64,000 bases of DNA from Octopus vulgaris (GCA_951406725.2 OX597822.1:49290001-49354000); one strand, 5' to 3'. Shown: positions 1-14,900, numbered from the stretch's first letter. Program-made: numbers and translations. The notes: generated by a model from the letters alone, not told the origin.

Positions 1-1
1 T

Positions 2-76
<75 letters not shown>

Positions 77-1819
77 TAGAAGGTTTGGAGATGATGTACA
101 GGTATTATATATTAGAAGAAATGAGGTACTCAGAAATCTGGATGGTTTTATATTTACAGATATTTATTAGTATGTTACATGTTTTTATAAATCATATATC
201 ATATATATAGCGCTTTCGTCAACTCTAGTGGATTTTTCAAACTGAACTTTTGCATTAATTTTGACTCTTTTTATAGTATTATTGAGTGTGTAGTGGTGGG
301 AAGAGATAAAAGATAATACAAGAGGGTGAGGAATGGGGAGAAAGTGAGAGACCGTGTGTGTGCATGTGTGTGTGTTTTTGTATCTGAAACTAGTGTTAAA
401 GAAAAAGAAGGAAAGGAAGAAGAAGGAGAGAAAGAAGAAAAAATTGTTGATATCTTTGCACCTGGTCAGTCTGTCAATAATAAGCGATTCTTGGCTTTTA
501 GCAATGGCAAACCCAGTTGGTCACTCCAAGTGGGACAAAATCTCACTTTTCAAAAAATTGTCTGGATTTTTTCTTCTTTCTCTCCTTCTCCTTCCTTTCT
601 TTCTTTTTCGTTAACACCCCTTTCAGTCTAAGCTTAGATCATTTGACTCCTTTGTAAGAAATCTAGCCAATGTGTACGACAACAAAGACAAAAATCGGAG
701 AACATGATACACAATTACGAATACAGACAACAAGAAATAACAACAGGTGTCTTTCGATTGGGAACGAATCAAATTGAGAACGATTTTAAAGCTTCATTTA
801 GAACTCGTTGCTATAATACGATTTAGTAAGTCTGGTTAGTTATGCTTAAAATAATGTAGTGGTTCGCCAATCAGCAAATTTGTAAATTTGCACGTGAAAT
901 TCTATATGTTTAATAATGTTTTTACGCAAACCTTCTCCGCCTTTTTTCGTCACTGGTTGATTCGGTTTCACTTTATTAAAGACTGTCATATCGAATTTCT
1001 ATCATTCTGCGAACAACTTTCGAAAAAGCGCCTTTCATTACTATGAAACGAAAAACATTTTTCCCTTAAAGAAATATATTATCAAGGGCCACACTTTATC
1101 AAAATTTTATTTCAAGATAGAAATAAAAAGAAAATAAAGACAGTTTTCAAATACTTTTTAATTTCCCATAAAATTCCTCCGTAAATCACTGCAATACCCC
1201 AAATATATATAACAGTTGATAAATAAAATTCTGAAACTCTTTTAGTATAGTTTATGCAGAAAAGTCCGGACAACGCAAAGAAGAACGGCTTTAATTAAAA
1301 AGTTTTTGCTCAAACACAACAGGACAACGTTATAGAAGACGAAAGTGAAACCTTATCATTGGCTGGGTGGGATGGTAGCATAATTTTCATTCTAAAGTGC
1401 TTGTCTAAAGTTTGGAATGTTAACTGCAATTTGACTTATGTGGAAATAAAGTGATGAGCAAGGATCGAAGTTTAGAGGCGTCTGCTACTCTAAGGTTTAC
1501 GGTGGTATGGTACTGATGTGTTGATAAGGAACCTCACTGTACATACATACATACTTGCATATATATAGTCTTAGTATATACACATATATATCCACATATG
1601 TATGCATATATACATACATACGTACATACATATATTGTGAATACAATGAACAACCCATTATAAAAGATGAAAAAAATAACACATGTGGGACACGGTGTGA
1701 CTTGTGCATGTGTAAAAATGCATAAATACTTACATGCATATATCTATATATATATATATGTGTGTGTGTGTGTATGAGAACCCAATAAGGTTCAAAAATT
1801 GATTATGGTTTTCTCAGTC

Positions 1820-2032
1820 TTCTCTTCTCTTCTACTTGTTTCAGTCATTTGACTGCGGCCATGCTGGAGCACCGCCTTTAATCGAGCAAACTCGACCCTG
1901 GGACTTATTCTTTGTAAGCCCAGTACTTATTCTATCGGTCTCTTTTGCCGAACCGCTAAGTGACGAGGACATAAACACACCAGCATCGGTTGTCAAGCAA
2001 TGCTAGGGGGACAAGCACAGACACACAAACAT

Positions 2033-2089
<57 letters not shown>

Positions 2090-2257
2090 CATATATACGA
2101 CGGGCTTCTTTCAGTTTCCGTCTACCTAATCTACTCACACGGCTTTGGTCGGCCCGAGGCTATAGTAGAAGACACTTGCCCAAGGTGCCACGCAGTGGGA
2201 CTGAACCCAGAACCATGTGGTTGGTAAGCAAGCTACTTACCACACAGCCACTCCTGC
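1820..2257 (-). mobile_element. SINE family A (tRNA-like head, CORE-like segment, internal microsatellite, 3' module)
   Basis: Near-identical to the copies at 28728, 33471 and 47002; GTGGCACCTTGGGCAAGTGTCTT segment; A-rich simple tail. Confidence 0.9.
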
Positions 2258-2778
2258 AGAGAAATGGCTAAAATTTGCCATGTTTATAATTATACCATAT
2301 ATTACATAAGCTATGCATGGCCATCCCTTCATAAGATGCCCGGTTCTCCTGAATATACTTGGAAGTTATCGATCAGATAGCAATGTTTGATATGTTGTAA
2401 CAATAACAAGTTAAAGGGAAATGGCGTGTCATTTGGTCGGTAGTAAAGGTGTTCAGAAGTCTGGGAATTCAAAGGGTTATGATGGCTCTTTGGAACGTCG
2501 TTTGCATTTAGCTTCTACTTTAAAACAGATGTCTTAAAAAGTTGCTTTTAATGGCAGAGTCGTTAGCAGGCCGGGCAAAATGTCTTTGTCGACTTACTTT
2601 TTACCCTTTCGGGGACTATAAAATAAATCCTGGGGCCGAAGTAATCGACTTATTCCCGCCCACAAAATTGCTGGGTTTGTGCAAAATTTGAAACCATAGA
2701 ATATCCATCAAAAAAGATAAAACCCTCCGGAAAGAATATACGAGATAATTAAGCAGAGATGTAGAGAGATAGTTACAC

Positions 2779-2869
<91 letters not shown>

Positions 2870-3904
2870 CTAATGTAGAAGTCTATGAAAGAAGAAGATA
2901 AAATACTGAGTCGAAGAGGAAAAAAGGAAATGTACCGAGTTAAATTGATAGTTTTTTGATAAAATGGTTTAGCAGTTAATTAGAATTACTTGTGACATCA
3001 GCAATCATATTTGTTAAAAAAATATGCTAATCTTTATTAGAAAGAAGGAATTAAAACTGAAAAACCTCTCCGCCAGAGAAAGTGAAAAGTAGCAGCTACC
3101 AACAAAAGAAAATAATTTTGGAAGAACATTGAGCGGAAGACAGCATTAATATTTCTTAGATTTAGTTTTAGTTGATTTGCATATAAATCTCTTTCAGCGT
3201 TGTATTGAGTAAGACAATGTAGATTAATGGGATAACAGTGAAAGGGGAAAATGGTAGCGAGTGAAACACAATGTCCAATGGTTATTTTTGACAGGATTTT
3301 AAAAGTGTGTTGAAATGCTACCAACACCAAGTTTACTTTACTTTACTCTGGTTTGATGAATAAAATACTATTGATAGACTAGAATCGATATTACCGATTA
3401 TACCCCTTCCCTGTAAATATGTTACCAATTGGCAGTGCACACATGCACACACACACACACACACACACATACACACACAGACATACAGGGTGGGGTTGAA
3501 AATTTGTAAGCGGGCAAAATTAGTAATTTATTTCTCGTTATTTTCACTTCGCCTGTTTGAAACCATTACATTGCAAGTATCACCATTTGTATAGTTGAAT
3601 CATCTTTGGAAGTAAAAATTGGTCAGCATAGATTTTGTTGAAGTTGAGAGAGTCTGAAGGATAGACAGGTGGTAGATCCTCTTTTATTTCAAGAAATTTT
3701 TCCTTAGCTTTAACCCGATTGTAATTGAGGCTGCTAATAAAATATCTTTTCTCTGTTGAATACTAATTCAATTTTACCCACACTAATGTCTAATTTGATA
3801 ATTTTCAATTTTCAAAAAGTGATGTCTAAACTGGTGCAAAATGATTAATGACTAATTTTAATAATTTCTTCTCTTCAGCTGCATGGCGCATAGATATATC
3901 AAAA

Positions 3905-4290
3905 GTGGAGGCGCAATGGCCCAGTGGTTAGGGCAGCAGACTCGCGGTCATAGGATCGCGGTTTCGATTCCCAGACCGGGCGTTGTGAGTGTTTATTGAG
4001 CGAAAACACCTAAAAGCTCCACGAGGCTCCAACAAGGGATGGTGGTGATCCCTGCTATACTCTTTCACCACAACTTTCTCTCACTCTTACTTCCTGTTTC
4101 TGTTGTACCTGTATTTCAAGGGGTCGGCCTTGTCACTCTCTGTGTCACGCTGAATATCCCCGAGGACTACGTTAAGGGTGCACGTATCTGTGGAGTGCTC
4201 AGCCACTTACACGTTAATTTCACGAGCAGGCTGTTCCGTTGATTCGGATCAACCGGAACCCTCATCGTCGTAACCGACGGAGTGCTTCCC
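3905..4290 (+). mobile_element. SINE family B (tRNA-derived) with 13-bp TSD
   Basis: A-box TGGCCCAGTGG, B-box-like GTTTCGATTCC; TSD AGATATATCAAAA at 3892-3904 and 4291-4303. Confidence 0.9.
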
Positions 4291-4309
4291 AGATATATCA
4301 AAAAGAGAG

Positions 4310-4700
4310 CCAGATTGTAATATTTTCAATGATAACTCTTCAAACTGCAATGGCCGCTTGATTTTGAAATTTCCATCTCACGGTTTGCTTCTGGTACAGG
4401 CTTTCCTGAACTTCAGCATATACGGTTTCAGTAGCCTTTCTTGCTTTGTGGAGCTCGTCGATATCCGCGGTCTTCCGGAATGTTTCTTGTAGACATTCTG
4501 AACAGTTCCATCCGCTTTAAGCTCACTTCTAATTAGAATGACGGTAAGTCGCGCAGGTGGATCTGTTCGAAAGCCCCTCCCCATTGTCCGCGTTTTCAAA
4601 CTTCCTGTGGCAGCTAGGCACAAATTTACTTTCTTCAAAGCTCGGTTATTTCCCATGAGTTAGATCTAAAAAGAAATGACAACTGAGTTATCAGGTATCA
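4310..4700 (-). mobile_element. Tc1/mariner-family transposase N-terminal (HTH) fragment
   Basis: FRTDPPARLTV...ADGTVQNVYKKHSGRPRIST in ORF 4378..4656. Confidence 0.6.
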
Positions 4701-4790
4701 AAGTGTGTATAATTTCTTTGAGATTACCATATGTGTGTGTATGTGTGTGTGTGTGTATGTGTGTGTGTGTGTGTGACTGTGTGTGTGTGT

Positions 4791-5176
4791 GTCGTAAGAA
4801 GCTTGCTTTCCAACCACATGTTTCAGGTTCTCTCTCACTGCGTAGCACCTTGGGGAAGTGTCTTTTACGATAGCCTCGGGTCGATCAAAGCCTTGTGAGT
4901 GGATTTGGTAGATGGAAATTGAAAGAGGCGCTTCACATGTATGTATGCATGTATGTATGTATGTATGTATGTATGTGTATGTATATATGTATATGTATAT
5001 GTGTGTGTGCGTGTCTTTGTGTCTGTGTTTGTTCTCCCTTCACCGCTTGACAACCAGTATTGGTGTGTTTACGCCCTCGTAATTTAACAGTTCGGCAAAA
5101 AGAGACCGACAGAATAAGTGCCAGGCTTATAAATAAATCCTCGAGTCGATTTGCTCGACTAAATAAGCCCTTCAAA
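4791..5176 (+). mobile_element. SINE family A, truncated
   Basis: Same modules, diverged; abuts the left end of the mariner. Confidence 0.8.
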
Positions 5177-6377
5177 GCTGAATATGAAAGAATAATATCA
5201 GAGTGGTGAAATTTTCCATGCATTAATTTTAAGCCCTTTTTATTAATAACTACATTATTTCTTTCCAGGCAAACTGACACCTGACTGTTCAAAGAATATT
5301 TATATGTGACTAGTAGCAACTTCTCTTGAAAATAGACACAATATGTCATCGTGGTTTTATCAAGTATCTACAGAAAAAGAGTTTAGCCCTATAGATGTTA
5401 ACGCTGATGGATGACGCGTCAGCTTTATCAACAGTGCAAAAGTGGGCAGTTGAATTTACGAAGGATAAGGAGAGTCTTGGAGATGACCCAAGGCTTGGAC
5501 CTCTTGCAACTGCCGCCACCAATGAAAATGTTGACCGTATCCACACATGATGATGGATGACAGATGATTGACTGCGTTATCAGCATATCCTGTCATAGAG
5601 TTGAGAATGTTCTGCACAACGAACTTGGCATAACAAAGGTTTCTTCTGGGTGGGTGCTACGTTTTCTGACATCTTATAAAAAGCGCACTAAGCTGATCAC
5701 ATCACGTGAAAATTTGACATTATTTGAGATCAGCTGGTTCCCTAGAAAGGGTCAGGATGAGTGTTGGGTTCATTTCTTTGAGCGACAGACATACTATGCA
5801 ATGGAAACCCCTTCCTCACCTGCTCCAAAGAAGGCGCATTTCGTCTTCATGGAAGGTGATGACCTCAGATTTTTGAGATGCAACAAGCATTGCGTTTATT
5901 GACTATTTTTCAAAAGGGCCACACCATCAATGGAGAGTACTACACCCACTTGCAGAGGCAGTCACCAAAGGCTGTCATGACCAAATGCTGAGGAAAACTG
6001 AAGAAAAGGGTCTTGTTTTATCAGGACAATACTCCAGCAGAGAAGTCCTTGGTTTTGATGGCTATTGTGCGTGATTGTGTCTTTGAACCGCTTGATCACT
6101 GTCCCTGTTCTTCTGATTTGACCCCATCTGATTATCATTTAGTCCCCAACAAGAAACGATACTTGACTGGGAAGCAGTATCACAGTGATAATGATGTCAT
6201 ATCTAATGTTGCTACCTGTCACTTTAAAAGTCTTTTTGAACAGTCAGGTGTCAGTTTGTAGGGAAAAAAGAATGCAGTTGTTAATAAGATGAGTTGAAAT
6301 TAATGCATGCAAGATTTAACAGCTCTAGCATCACTCCTTTATAGTCAGCATATGAACTTTTCAGCCCAGCCTCGTAC
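5177..6377 (+). mobile_element. Mariner transposon, degenerate
   Basis: Fragments DDPRLG, DECWVHFFE, FYQDNTPA, SSDLTPSDYHL; 5177-5230 is inverted-similar to 6297-6352; right end CAGCCTCGTA. Confidence 0.85.
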
Positions 6378-6966
6378 ATACACACATACACACACACGCA
6401 CACACATGCACGCACACGCACACACATACACACACACGCACATGCACGCACACGCAAGCACATTCGCACGCACACACAATATATACATTACACATACAGA
6501 GACACACACAAACACATCATACATACACAGACACCAGTCAACCCTTCCCTTCGTCTCTCACACATACAACTAAGACTTACTTGCAGGTGCTTACTTCTCT
6601 CCTTCTTTCCTTTAATGTATGGTCGATATTTTGCTCAACTTCGAAGACCTCCCCCTAAGCTCTTCTACTATTAACCATATAACCCATCCAGCTCTAATAT
6701 GCAGACTCGTTGGAACAGCATTCAAATACCAATGCGAAACGTTCATGTTTTCCTTTTTAAACAGCTTTAAACACTGATTTTATTTTGCTTAAATATAATG
6801 TATTTTTATTTCCCTGGGTTGGTTCCGTCAACACAGTTCCATGACTGGATCCCAGAGATCAGGATTTTATAGTAAACAATCCACAAATTTCTTGTTGATA
6901 TGTAGTTCCATGAAATTCACATATGAGTTCCTTCTACCTTAATTGCATTTGAGAAAACAAATATTG

Positions 6967-7384
6967 GGATCTTCTCGGTTTGAACGGCAGTTTTTCCTAG
7001 CGGTGTCATATGAAATTGTCACCCATAATTATGACCCTAGTATCGATCTATTGCATTTCTATCTGTTTTAGGGTTAGGGTTGGGGGTGGGGGAAGGGTAT
7101 CTTTTTTTCTTCACAAATGTAAATAAACCCAATCTGTTTCTTAAACGAGGGACATATGCATACCACACAGAATGTTTTTTTTTTACCTCAATGGACGTAA
7201 TTGATTGGTTGAAATTGCAGAAATTGAAGAAAAAAACAACAAATATCTTACAAACTATAGAATTTTCTCAATAAAGCCAAGAGAAAAAGATGTTTGATAA
7301 ACACATTCTACCAGTAAACGAAGTTAAACATTTTTTAGTTACTTAAAAATTATGATAAAACTGCCGTTCAAACCGAAAAGATCC
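6967..7384. mobile_element. MITE with 28-bp GG-starting TIRs and 8-bp TSD (Merlin-like)
   Basis: TIR GGATCTT(C/T)TCGGTTTGAACGGCAGTTTT at both ends; TSD AAATATTG at 6959-6966 and 7385-7392. Confidence 0.9.
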
Positions 7385-8997
7385 AAATATTGTTTTATAA
7401 TCTACTGCAATTCACAATTGCACAGATGTCATTAATAAGGATCTATAACATTTTATTGAGCAGCTTTGACAATTGAGATTTGGACCATTGCTAACGGCAG
7501 TGAAGGCCATTCCCAATTTTGGAGAGAATTACACATACTTTTGTTTGAGAGATTAAAAGAATACTATTTCATTCAACATATTGTTATGATTTTGTACGGA
7601 TCGTCTTCGTTGATTTAGATAAAATAATCTTTTGGTGTAAAAGACTGTTTCTTATCACAGCATATGAACAGTTCTTTACTTCATATAATTTTATATATTT
7701 TAAAATGATGCGCTGTAGTTGTCCCCGCGCTTGTAAAGAAAAATACATGAATTAACAACTAAAATTTCCTGTTATGACAAAATTATATAATTTATAACAT
7801 GAATAAAGTTTCATAGATTTGAATAATATTTTTCTTATTCTGTGTATTTGTATTAATATTTTACTTTGAATTACTTGAAAAATTTTTTTGGCAATTTGCC
7901 ATTAATACAAAGTTTATGTATTTCATATTCTGTAAACATCAGTTTTGAAAGTTTCTTCCCAAATATCTTTCAGAGAACTGCTTGTCGAGATAGTAAAATA
8001 TATTTGTGCAGTTTCTAAACTGAATCTTTCTTTCTACACTTATTTCAGTATGAGAAATGCCAAAGCAATCTATATTGTATCAAGAGTATTCTTTGCATTA
8101 TCTGTTTACTATAAATTCAAAGTGTGAAGAATTTTCTAATAACATTATAGCATTCTTCCTAAAGCAAATCTTTCATAATTCTATGAAGGATCTTACAAAT
8201 TCACTTTAGTTGATTGCTTCCAACTCGCATGTTAATATAAGTGCAATAAAACCTGTCATTTGACATATTAACACATTATATATAACTATATTTCACCACC
8301 ACTTGAGACAAAAAGAATGGTAATTATTATTATAATATATATATCTTACCATACACAACTTTTTGAGTGTAGGTACAGTCGGTTAATTAACGGAAAGAAG
8401 TTTTACGAGGTATTTAGGTACATTTCTTTACGTTCTACGTTCAAATTATACTGGAACCAAGACTAGAACTATCTGAATGTTTGACACTTAATATACAAAT
8501 GTTTAAATTTCTCAGTTTGAAATTGAAAACCCTAGCCATAAGATCATTCCTGTAAATGAAAGGATCTCGTCTGGAATTTCTTTCTATTTGTAGTTGCAGG
8601 TGAAAGTAGTGAAAAGTTCTCAGCAGTCAAAATAGCGAGCGTATGCCATTGCATGTTGCGGTTCTTCGTGCGTGGTTTGAGAACTACGAGTAAAAGAATA
8701 CAAACATAATCAAGCTTTCCTCCAGATACATCATTATTAATTGTGTCTCGTAAGTGTAGGTAAGAGTCTGTCCTCAACTCCTTTCGATGAGTTTTAATGT
8801 AACAAAATTTCTCAGACTCTATTTAGTAAACAAGATCCACTGGCGGAAGAAACGTGTATGAGTGTATATGTATGTGCGAGAAAGAGAGGGAGGAAGAGAG
8901 ACCGTGCATGTATTTATTTGTATATTTTATTATAGCTCCGGTTTGACCAATGCCTTGTTAGTGAATTTGGCAGACGGAAGCAGTAGAAACTCGTCTT

Positions 8998-9039
<42 letters not shown>

Positions 9040-9566
9040 AGCAGGCAAGGTGATACTAACAGCGTGGATTAGTAATGATGGGTTTTCTGGCAAAGAGCAC
9101 CACAATTAATGGGATATATTATGCTTCTCTGCAATAGAAATTGCAAGACGCCATCCAAGTAGAGAGGCATGGGCATGCTGACCAAAAGAGCTCGCCTCCT
9201 CCAAGATAACGCCCTAGTTCACAATGAGCATGTTTCCCAGATGAAAGCATACTCCTGCGGCTTCCTCATCCCACTCACTCTCCCGACCCCGCACCATCTG
9301 ACTTCCACCTCTTTCCAACCATGAAGTCTTTTTTGAAGAGGAAGCGCTTTTCGGATGATGAACTTATTTCCAGGGTAAATTCTTGGCTCCAAACGCAACC
9401 TACTGACTTCTACAGATGAGGTCTTCACAGTCGCATAAATCTATAGGAGAAGTGTGTCATTATTAGTGGTGGCTATGTAGAGAAGAACTAATAATTATGC
9501 CAAGTTTCGTTTATCCCGTTCTTGGAAATTGGGGTAGGGGAAATCTTTAATCAATACCCCCCGTAT
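9040..9566 (+). mobile_element. Mariner 3'-half relic
   Basis: STTINGIYYASL, LLQDNALVH, C-terminal EKCVIISGGYVEKN*, terminal TTAATCAATACCCCCCGTA. Confidence 0.65.
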
Positions 9567-9606
9567 TTTTCTTAGGTCATTTGTGTGTATGTGTTTGTGT
9601 GTGTGT

Positions 9607-9648
<42 letters not shown>

Positions 9649-9699
9649 ATAAATATATGTATGTATGTACTTATATAGATGAATGTATGTATGTTTGCA

Positions 9700-10030
9700 T
9701 GAAGGCACATGACTCAGTAGTAAGAGCATCGAGCTTACGATCGTCAGGTTGTGAGTTCGATTCCCGGAGTGGGTTGTGTGTTGTGTTTTTGAGCAGGTCA
9801 CTTTATTTCAGGTTGCTGTAGTTCACTCATCTGTAGAAATGAGTTACGACATGACTAGTGCCAAGTTGTATCGGCCTTTGTCTCTCCCTTGGATAAAATC
9901 GGTGTCGTGGAGAGGGGAGGCTGGTATGCATGAAGGACTGCTGGTCTTCCACTAAACAAGCCTAAACTTATGCCTGGGAGGAGAACTTTGTAGGGGCGAT
10001 CCCATTGTCATTCGTGACCGACGGGGTCTT
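9700..10030 (+). mobile_element. SINE family C (tRNA-derived)
   Basis: Colinear with 42444-42780; B-box GAGTTCGATTCC. Confidence 0.85.
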
Positions 10031-10172
10031 TAAGGTCTGTCTGTTGTGTGTCTGTCTGTATGTATGTATGTACGTAAGTGTTATTTATATATATATTATA
10101 TATAAATTTGTATATTATATATGTTTCATCTATGTTTATATATAGCATATTTACCTTAATATTATATGTATG

Positions 10173-10701
<529 letters not shown>

Positions 10702-10707
<6 letters not shown>

Positions 10708-10941
10708 CAATTGCAGCGTGGAAGGTGTTTATAAGCCATTTAAGGAAACACACAAAACCGATTCACTTCAACATTTAAATTTAATTTGCCAAAATATTTT
10801 CGTCGCTTTGTCAGAGAACAGGTTGCGGTCTCAAAGCGACGAAAATATTTTGGCAAATAAGATTTAAATGTTGAAGTGAACCTAACGGTTTTTGTCTGTT
10901 TCTGAAATGGCTTATAACCACCTTCCACGTTGCAATTATTT
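10702..10941. repeat. About 240-bp imperfect foldback with a central hammerhead-like motif
   Basis: Arms such as ATTTGCCAAAATATTTTCGTCGCTTTG / CAAAGCGACGAAAATATTTTGGCAAAT, extending out to CAATTGCAGCGTGGAAGG / CCTTCCACGTTGCAATT. Confidence 0.9.
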
Positions 10942-12324
10942 TCGTTCCAGCACACGATCTCGGATCAGGTCACTTACTATACAAGTACATCTCTATATAT
11001 TTATATATATATATATATATATTATATATATGTGTGTGTGTTTTATATATGAATTATATATATATGTGTGTGATTTATATATGTTTTATGTGTGTGTGTG
11101 AGGTTATCATAAATTGTTGAAAATACACAAGTACCGTTAGTCCAAAATGTAATATGCATGTATTGTGAGAAAAGACACCTAAAAAACAGTGAGACAGAAT
11201 ATAACCAATTGATGTAATTACATTCCGTTTTATTGCTGGATAGATTTTACCACACGGTATATAATTTGCCCTTTATAATGGATGTAGTTCCCGGCTGTAG
11301 TAGTTACTTGTCTCCATTTAGTAATTTCATGAATATGTTTGCATATATGCAGACGTATATGTTTTAGAATTTAGAATTTCATTTCGCAAATAATTGCGAT
11401 TATTACCCCGAAGAATGGAAGTGCTCTAAAGTGCTAGTACGTTAGAATATAATTCGCTGCTTTATTTCTAAATTACTGCTGTAGTTCTTTGTGTATTCCC
11501 ATAACTGCTTTTTATGTCACAATTATGTAAGTACAGGTCTATTTTATGACATTTATTAATGCCAGGTTCATAGAGACATTTTAATGTTAGATCGTAGATA
11601 ACTTAAAACTAAACCGAATGACAAACGTTCCAGTATTAACAAAAGAAACCATCTTAGCTTCAAACATACTTCATACTTTTAACCTCTTCAACCAGAAATT
11701 GTCTAGATAATCTATAATCAATATTTGAACAATGTAACTCTCTAAATGATTTCCTATTTCTATGGCTGGATGCAAAAGAACTCTCTGAAATGCAAATAAC
11801 GACATCGTTATTTGCATTTCTCAATAAATTTGTTGCATTCCATTATCACATATTTTCGCTATCAATATAGTTTAATTAGTGAAATATATTTAATGCAGAT
11901 CTTAGCGGCATTGCTCTTACAAAATCAAGATTCTTAATAATTATTCATGTTTATTTTAACTTATAATTTCTCTATTATTATAACTAGCCACACATAGTAA
12001 ATCATCAGCTTCTGTTGGCGGAGCTTTTTGATATATTTGCCCGCAAATTAATACACAACATCCGAAGAAATAACATCACACAATGTGACTATAAAGATGG
12101 GTTGTTGAAGACTGTTTCGAAATTTTCTAACAACAAAGGAAGGCTGTAATATGGACAGTATCTTCTGTCATTCAAATTGAATGAAATAAAACTTGAAATG
12201 AGTTTCCTATTCCTTAAATATATTGACCGAAGTAAAACATTGAAATGACTGAATTAAAATATTAAATCTATTTGTAAATAAAACAATAACTGATCTAATT
12301 TTTTAAATATTCTAAGTTCACAAA

Positions 12325-12647
12325 GTGCAGGCATGGTTGTGTGGTTCCGGGTTCCATCCCGCTACGCGACACCTTGTGAGTTGGTTTGGTCGAGGAAAAC
12401 TGTAAGAAGCTTGTCGTACATACATACATATATACATATATACATGTGCGTATCTGTGTGTTTGAGTTTCTATGTGTCCGAATTTGTCACCCCTGCTTGA
12501 CAATCCGTGTTGGTGTGTTTAAGTCCCCGCAAAAGATACCGATAGAATAAGTACTGGGGTCATTTCTGTCGATCGGGAAAATTCTTCAATGTGATGCCCC
12601 AGTATGGTCGCTGACTAATGACTGAAACTATTAAAAGATAAAAGATA
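12325..12647 (+). mobile_element. SINE family A, degenerate
   Basis: Diverged head, GATAGAATAAGTACTGGGG and GACTGAAAC...AAAAGAT tail. Confidence 0.7.
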
Positions 12648-13539
12648 ATCGGTTGTTTATGGCCAAAAATAAATTGTTCAACAATGGCTAATGATAACAA
12701 TAAACTCTAATTAGTTACATCTTCATAGACTCTTAGGATGCAAAATGTTCTAAAGATCTGGCCTTCTGCATATCAGCCATTTTACTATACATTGTATACC
12801 AAAACTATATAATATAAACAACCATAGTAAGTGAAACAAATAAAAGAAAAGAATTATTCAGTGTTTCTCTTAAGAAACTATTATCAACCTAGAAGAATTT
12901 AATATGGAACTATTTTCTAAGAATTTCTTTGATAATAACACTGAAACGTCTCATCGAAAGACAAAATATAAATATGTTGGCAAATAAATTTATGTATCTC
13001 CCGATAACATCACAACAGTATTGTTACGTTCATAAAAAAAGCAACTGTACTTATTGATCCAACTGAATTTGTGATCGTTTATCACTGAAAGGATATTAAA
13101 ACACACCTTTGTGTGAATTCCATTGTGTGTTCATGGCCTCCGCGAACAGCTTCTGTATACTCATTAAATACAAATGTTACAACTCGAGCAGATCCATCTA
13201 TATTATTAATGAAGTTAATAACTACTATCGAAGAATTTTTGGTAATATCAAGAATAATACACAGTTCTTTACACTAAAAAAACACAAGATACCTTATGCA
13301 AGTCAAACTCCAAATTACTGTATACATCAATACACTTCTCGCCAATGTATCTTAGAAGCGCTAGTGACTCATTTGGCATATTTGTAGATATCAGAACTTT
13401 CTCAACATATATGTAAGACTAGCTCAAATATCTTACAATATCAAACAAATGTCTAACAACTAGAGTTTTCCCTAATAACTTAGAAAGAGACAAACTAATC
13501 AAATATTGCGATTTAAAATTTAAAATATCTTGTTATATT

Positions 13540-14900
13540 TGGGGATGGTCATTTTACCAATAAATATACGCACTACATATTTTATCTTCACTTTGGCGTT
13601 ATTATTATTAGTTTATTTCTGATAGTTTTTTCATCATACATTCTGTGGCTTCTTTAGTGACTGTCTGTTCTTCTTCTCTCTGTTTCCTCTTCTCTCTGGC
13701 CTTGCCCTATAATTCCATCTAGTCTTTCAGAGGTATGTATCCCTATCTGCGCATGCTTTTGCATCTGTACCTGTATCCATATGTTTGATATGCATATATG
13801 TATCTTGTATGCATGTGTATGGGATTGTCCATTACACTGTTTAAATCCCTGTCTCTTTTTCTCTGTTCTGTTTTAATTCGTCAGGTTGCAGGGTGGGGTG
13901 TTATTACTATCTCTTCAATATCCGTCGTTGCCCTCTTTCTGCTCTGTCTCACTCTATACTTTATACTATAAACCAAATTCCTAGCTTTGCAGTTGATCTG
14001 TGGGCTTACACTATACACAGTTCCTATTAGTACAGAGGGATCTTTCAAATGGGTATGTTCTACAGACTTTTTTGTGTGAGTTCTTGGTCTTTCTAATACG
14101 TTAATATGTAGGTTCAGTATACCCCAGTTTTTCTATAATGATACGCTAGTTTGCCTCCAGGAGTAGCACCGACGAACATGACGCTCTGGTATTTTTGGTT
14201 GCCAAACCTTTAGCTTTACCTATCTTTCTCTTTGTACTTCCTGTGCTATTCCATGATTTACTCCTCTACAGCGGGAAGATCTCATTTTCGTCATTATTTA
14301 TGATGGTCTTGAATTTTGTCATGGCTCCTTTGTACACGCTGATCCTGTCTCTTCAGTTGTATCTTGAGGACTTCATGCAGTGGATGAAATACTGTATGTT
14401 TTTCTCTAATTCCGTTGGGTTGCACATGCAGGAGACGTTTCTTACCACCTTTATCAAGTCCGTTATTACGATATTATCTGCACTTTCTGCGTCCCGGTGG
14501 ATCAGTTATTTGGAGTCCATGACTAGGGCATAGTGCGAATTGAGAATTTGCTATTATTAGTTTCCAGCCAGAATTTAGTGTCTAAAACAGGTAATCTGTG
14601 GTTGGGGTTCTTACTACGGTAATCTATTGCAACCTTAATACTCTAGTGGGTGGAATTAGTTATTTGTTAGATGTTCTCCATGGTGCTACAGCTTCTAGCT
14701 CAGGTTCAGAGGTATTTGCAATGTCCTTGGCTCTAGTCAATATTTTTGTTGGTTCTTTGCTATTCTACAGAACACATTCGATACTGTTCGCTACAGAATT
14801 ATTGAAGCTGAATGAAATCTCTATATCTGTGATGTTTCAAGCATATACGTGACATCTTTCAACTACTCTCACAAGTTGTATCACTGTCTGGTTTGACTCA
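13540..14900 (-). pseudogene. Degraded Penelope-like element, Naiad-like thumb/linker region
   Basis: Manual minus-strand translation across frameshifts: DLIKVVRNVSCMCNPTELEK, IQYFIHCMKSSRYN*RDRISVYKGAMTKFKTIINNDENEIFPL*RSKSWN, KYQSVMFVGATPGGKLAYHYRK, YPFERSLCTNRNCV*C, INCKARNLVYSIK. Boundaries approximate. Confidence 0.7.

Noticed and set aside
203-246. Hammerhead-like TTGAAAA...GAC GAAA GCGC TA on the minus strand
   Set aside because: Stem I is lost to the microsatellite; used only as weak supporting evidence and not called as a feature.
3905-3985. tRNA-like sequences at SINE heads (also 9700, 42444, 48407)
   Set aside because: They continue into SINE bodies and lack a proper acceptor stem, so they are not tRNA genes.
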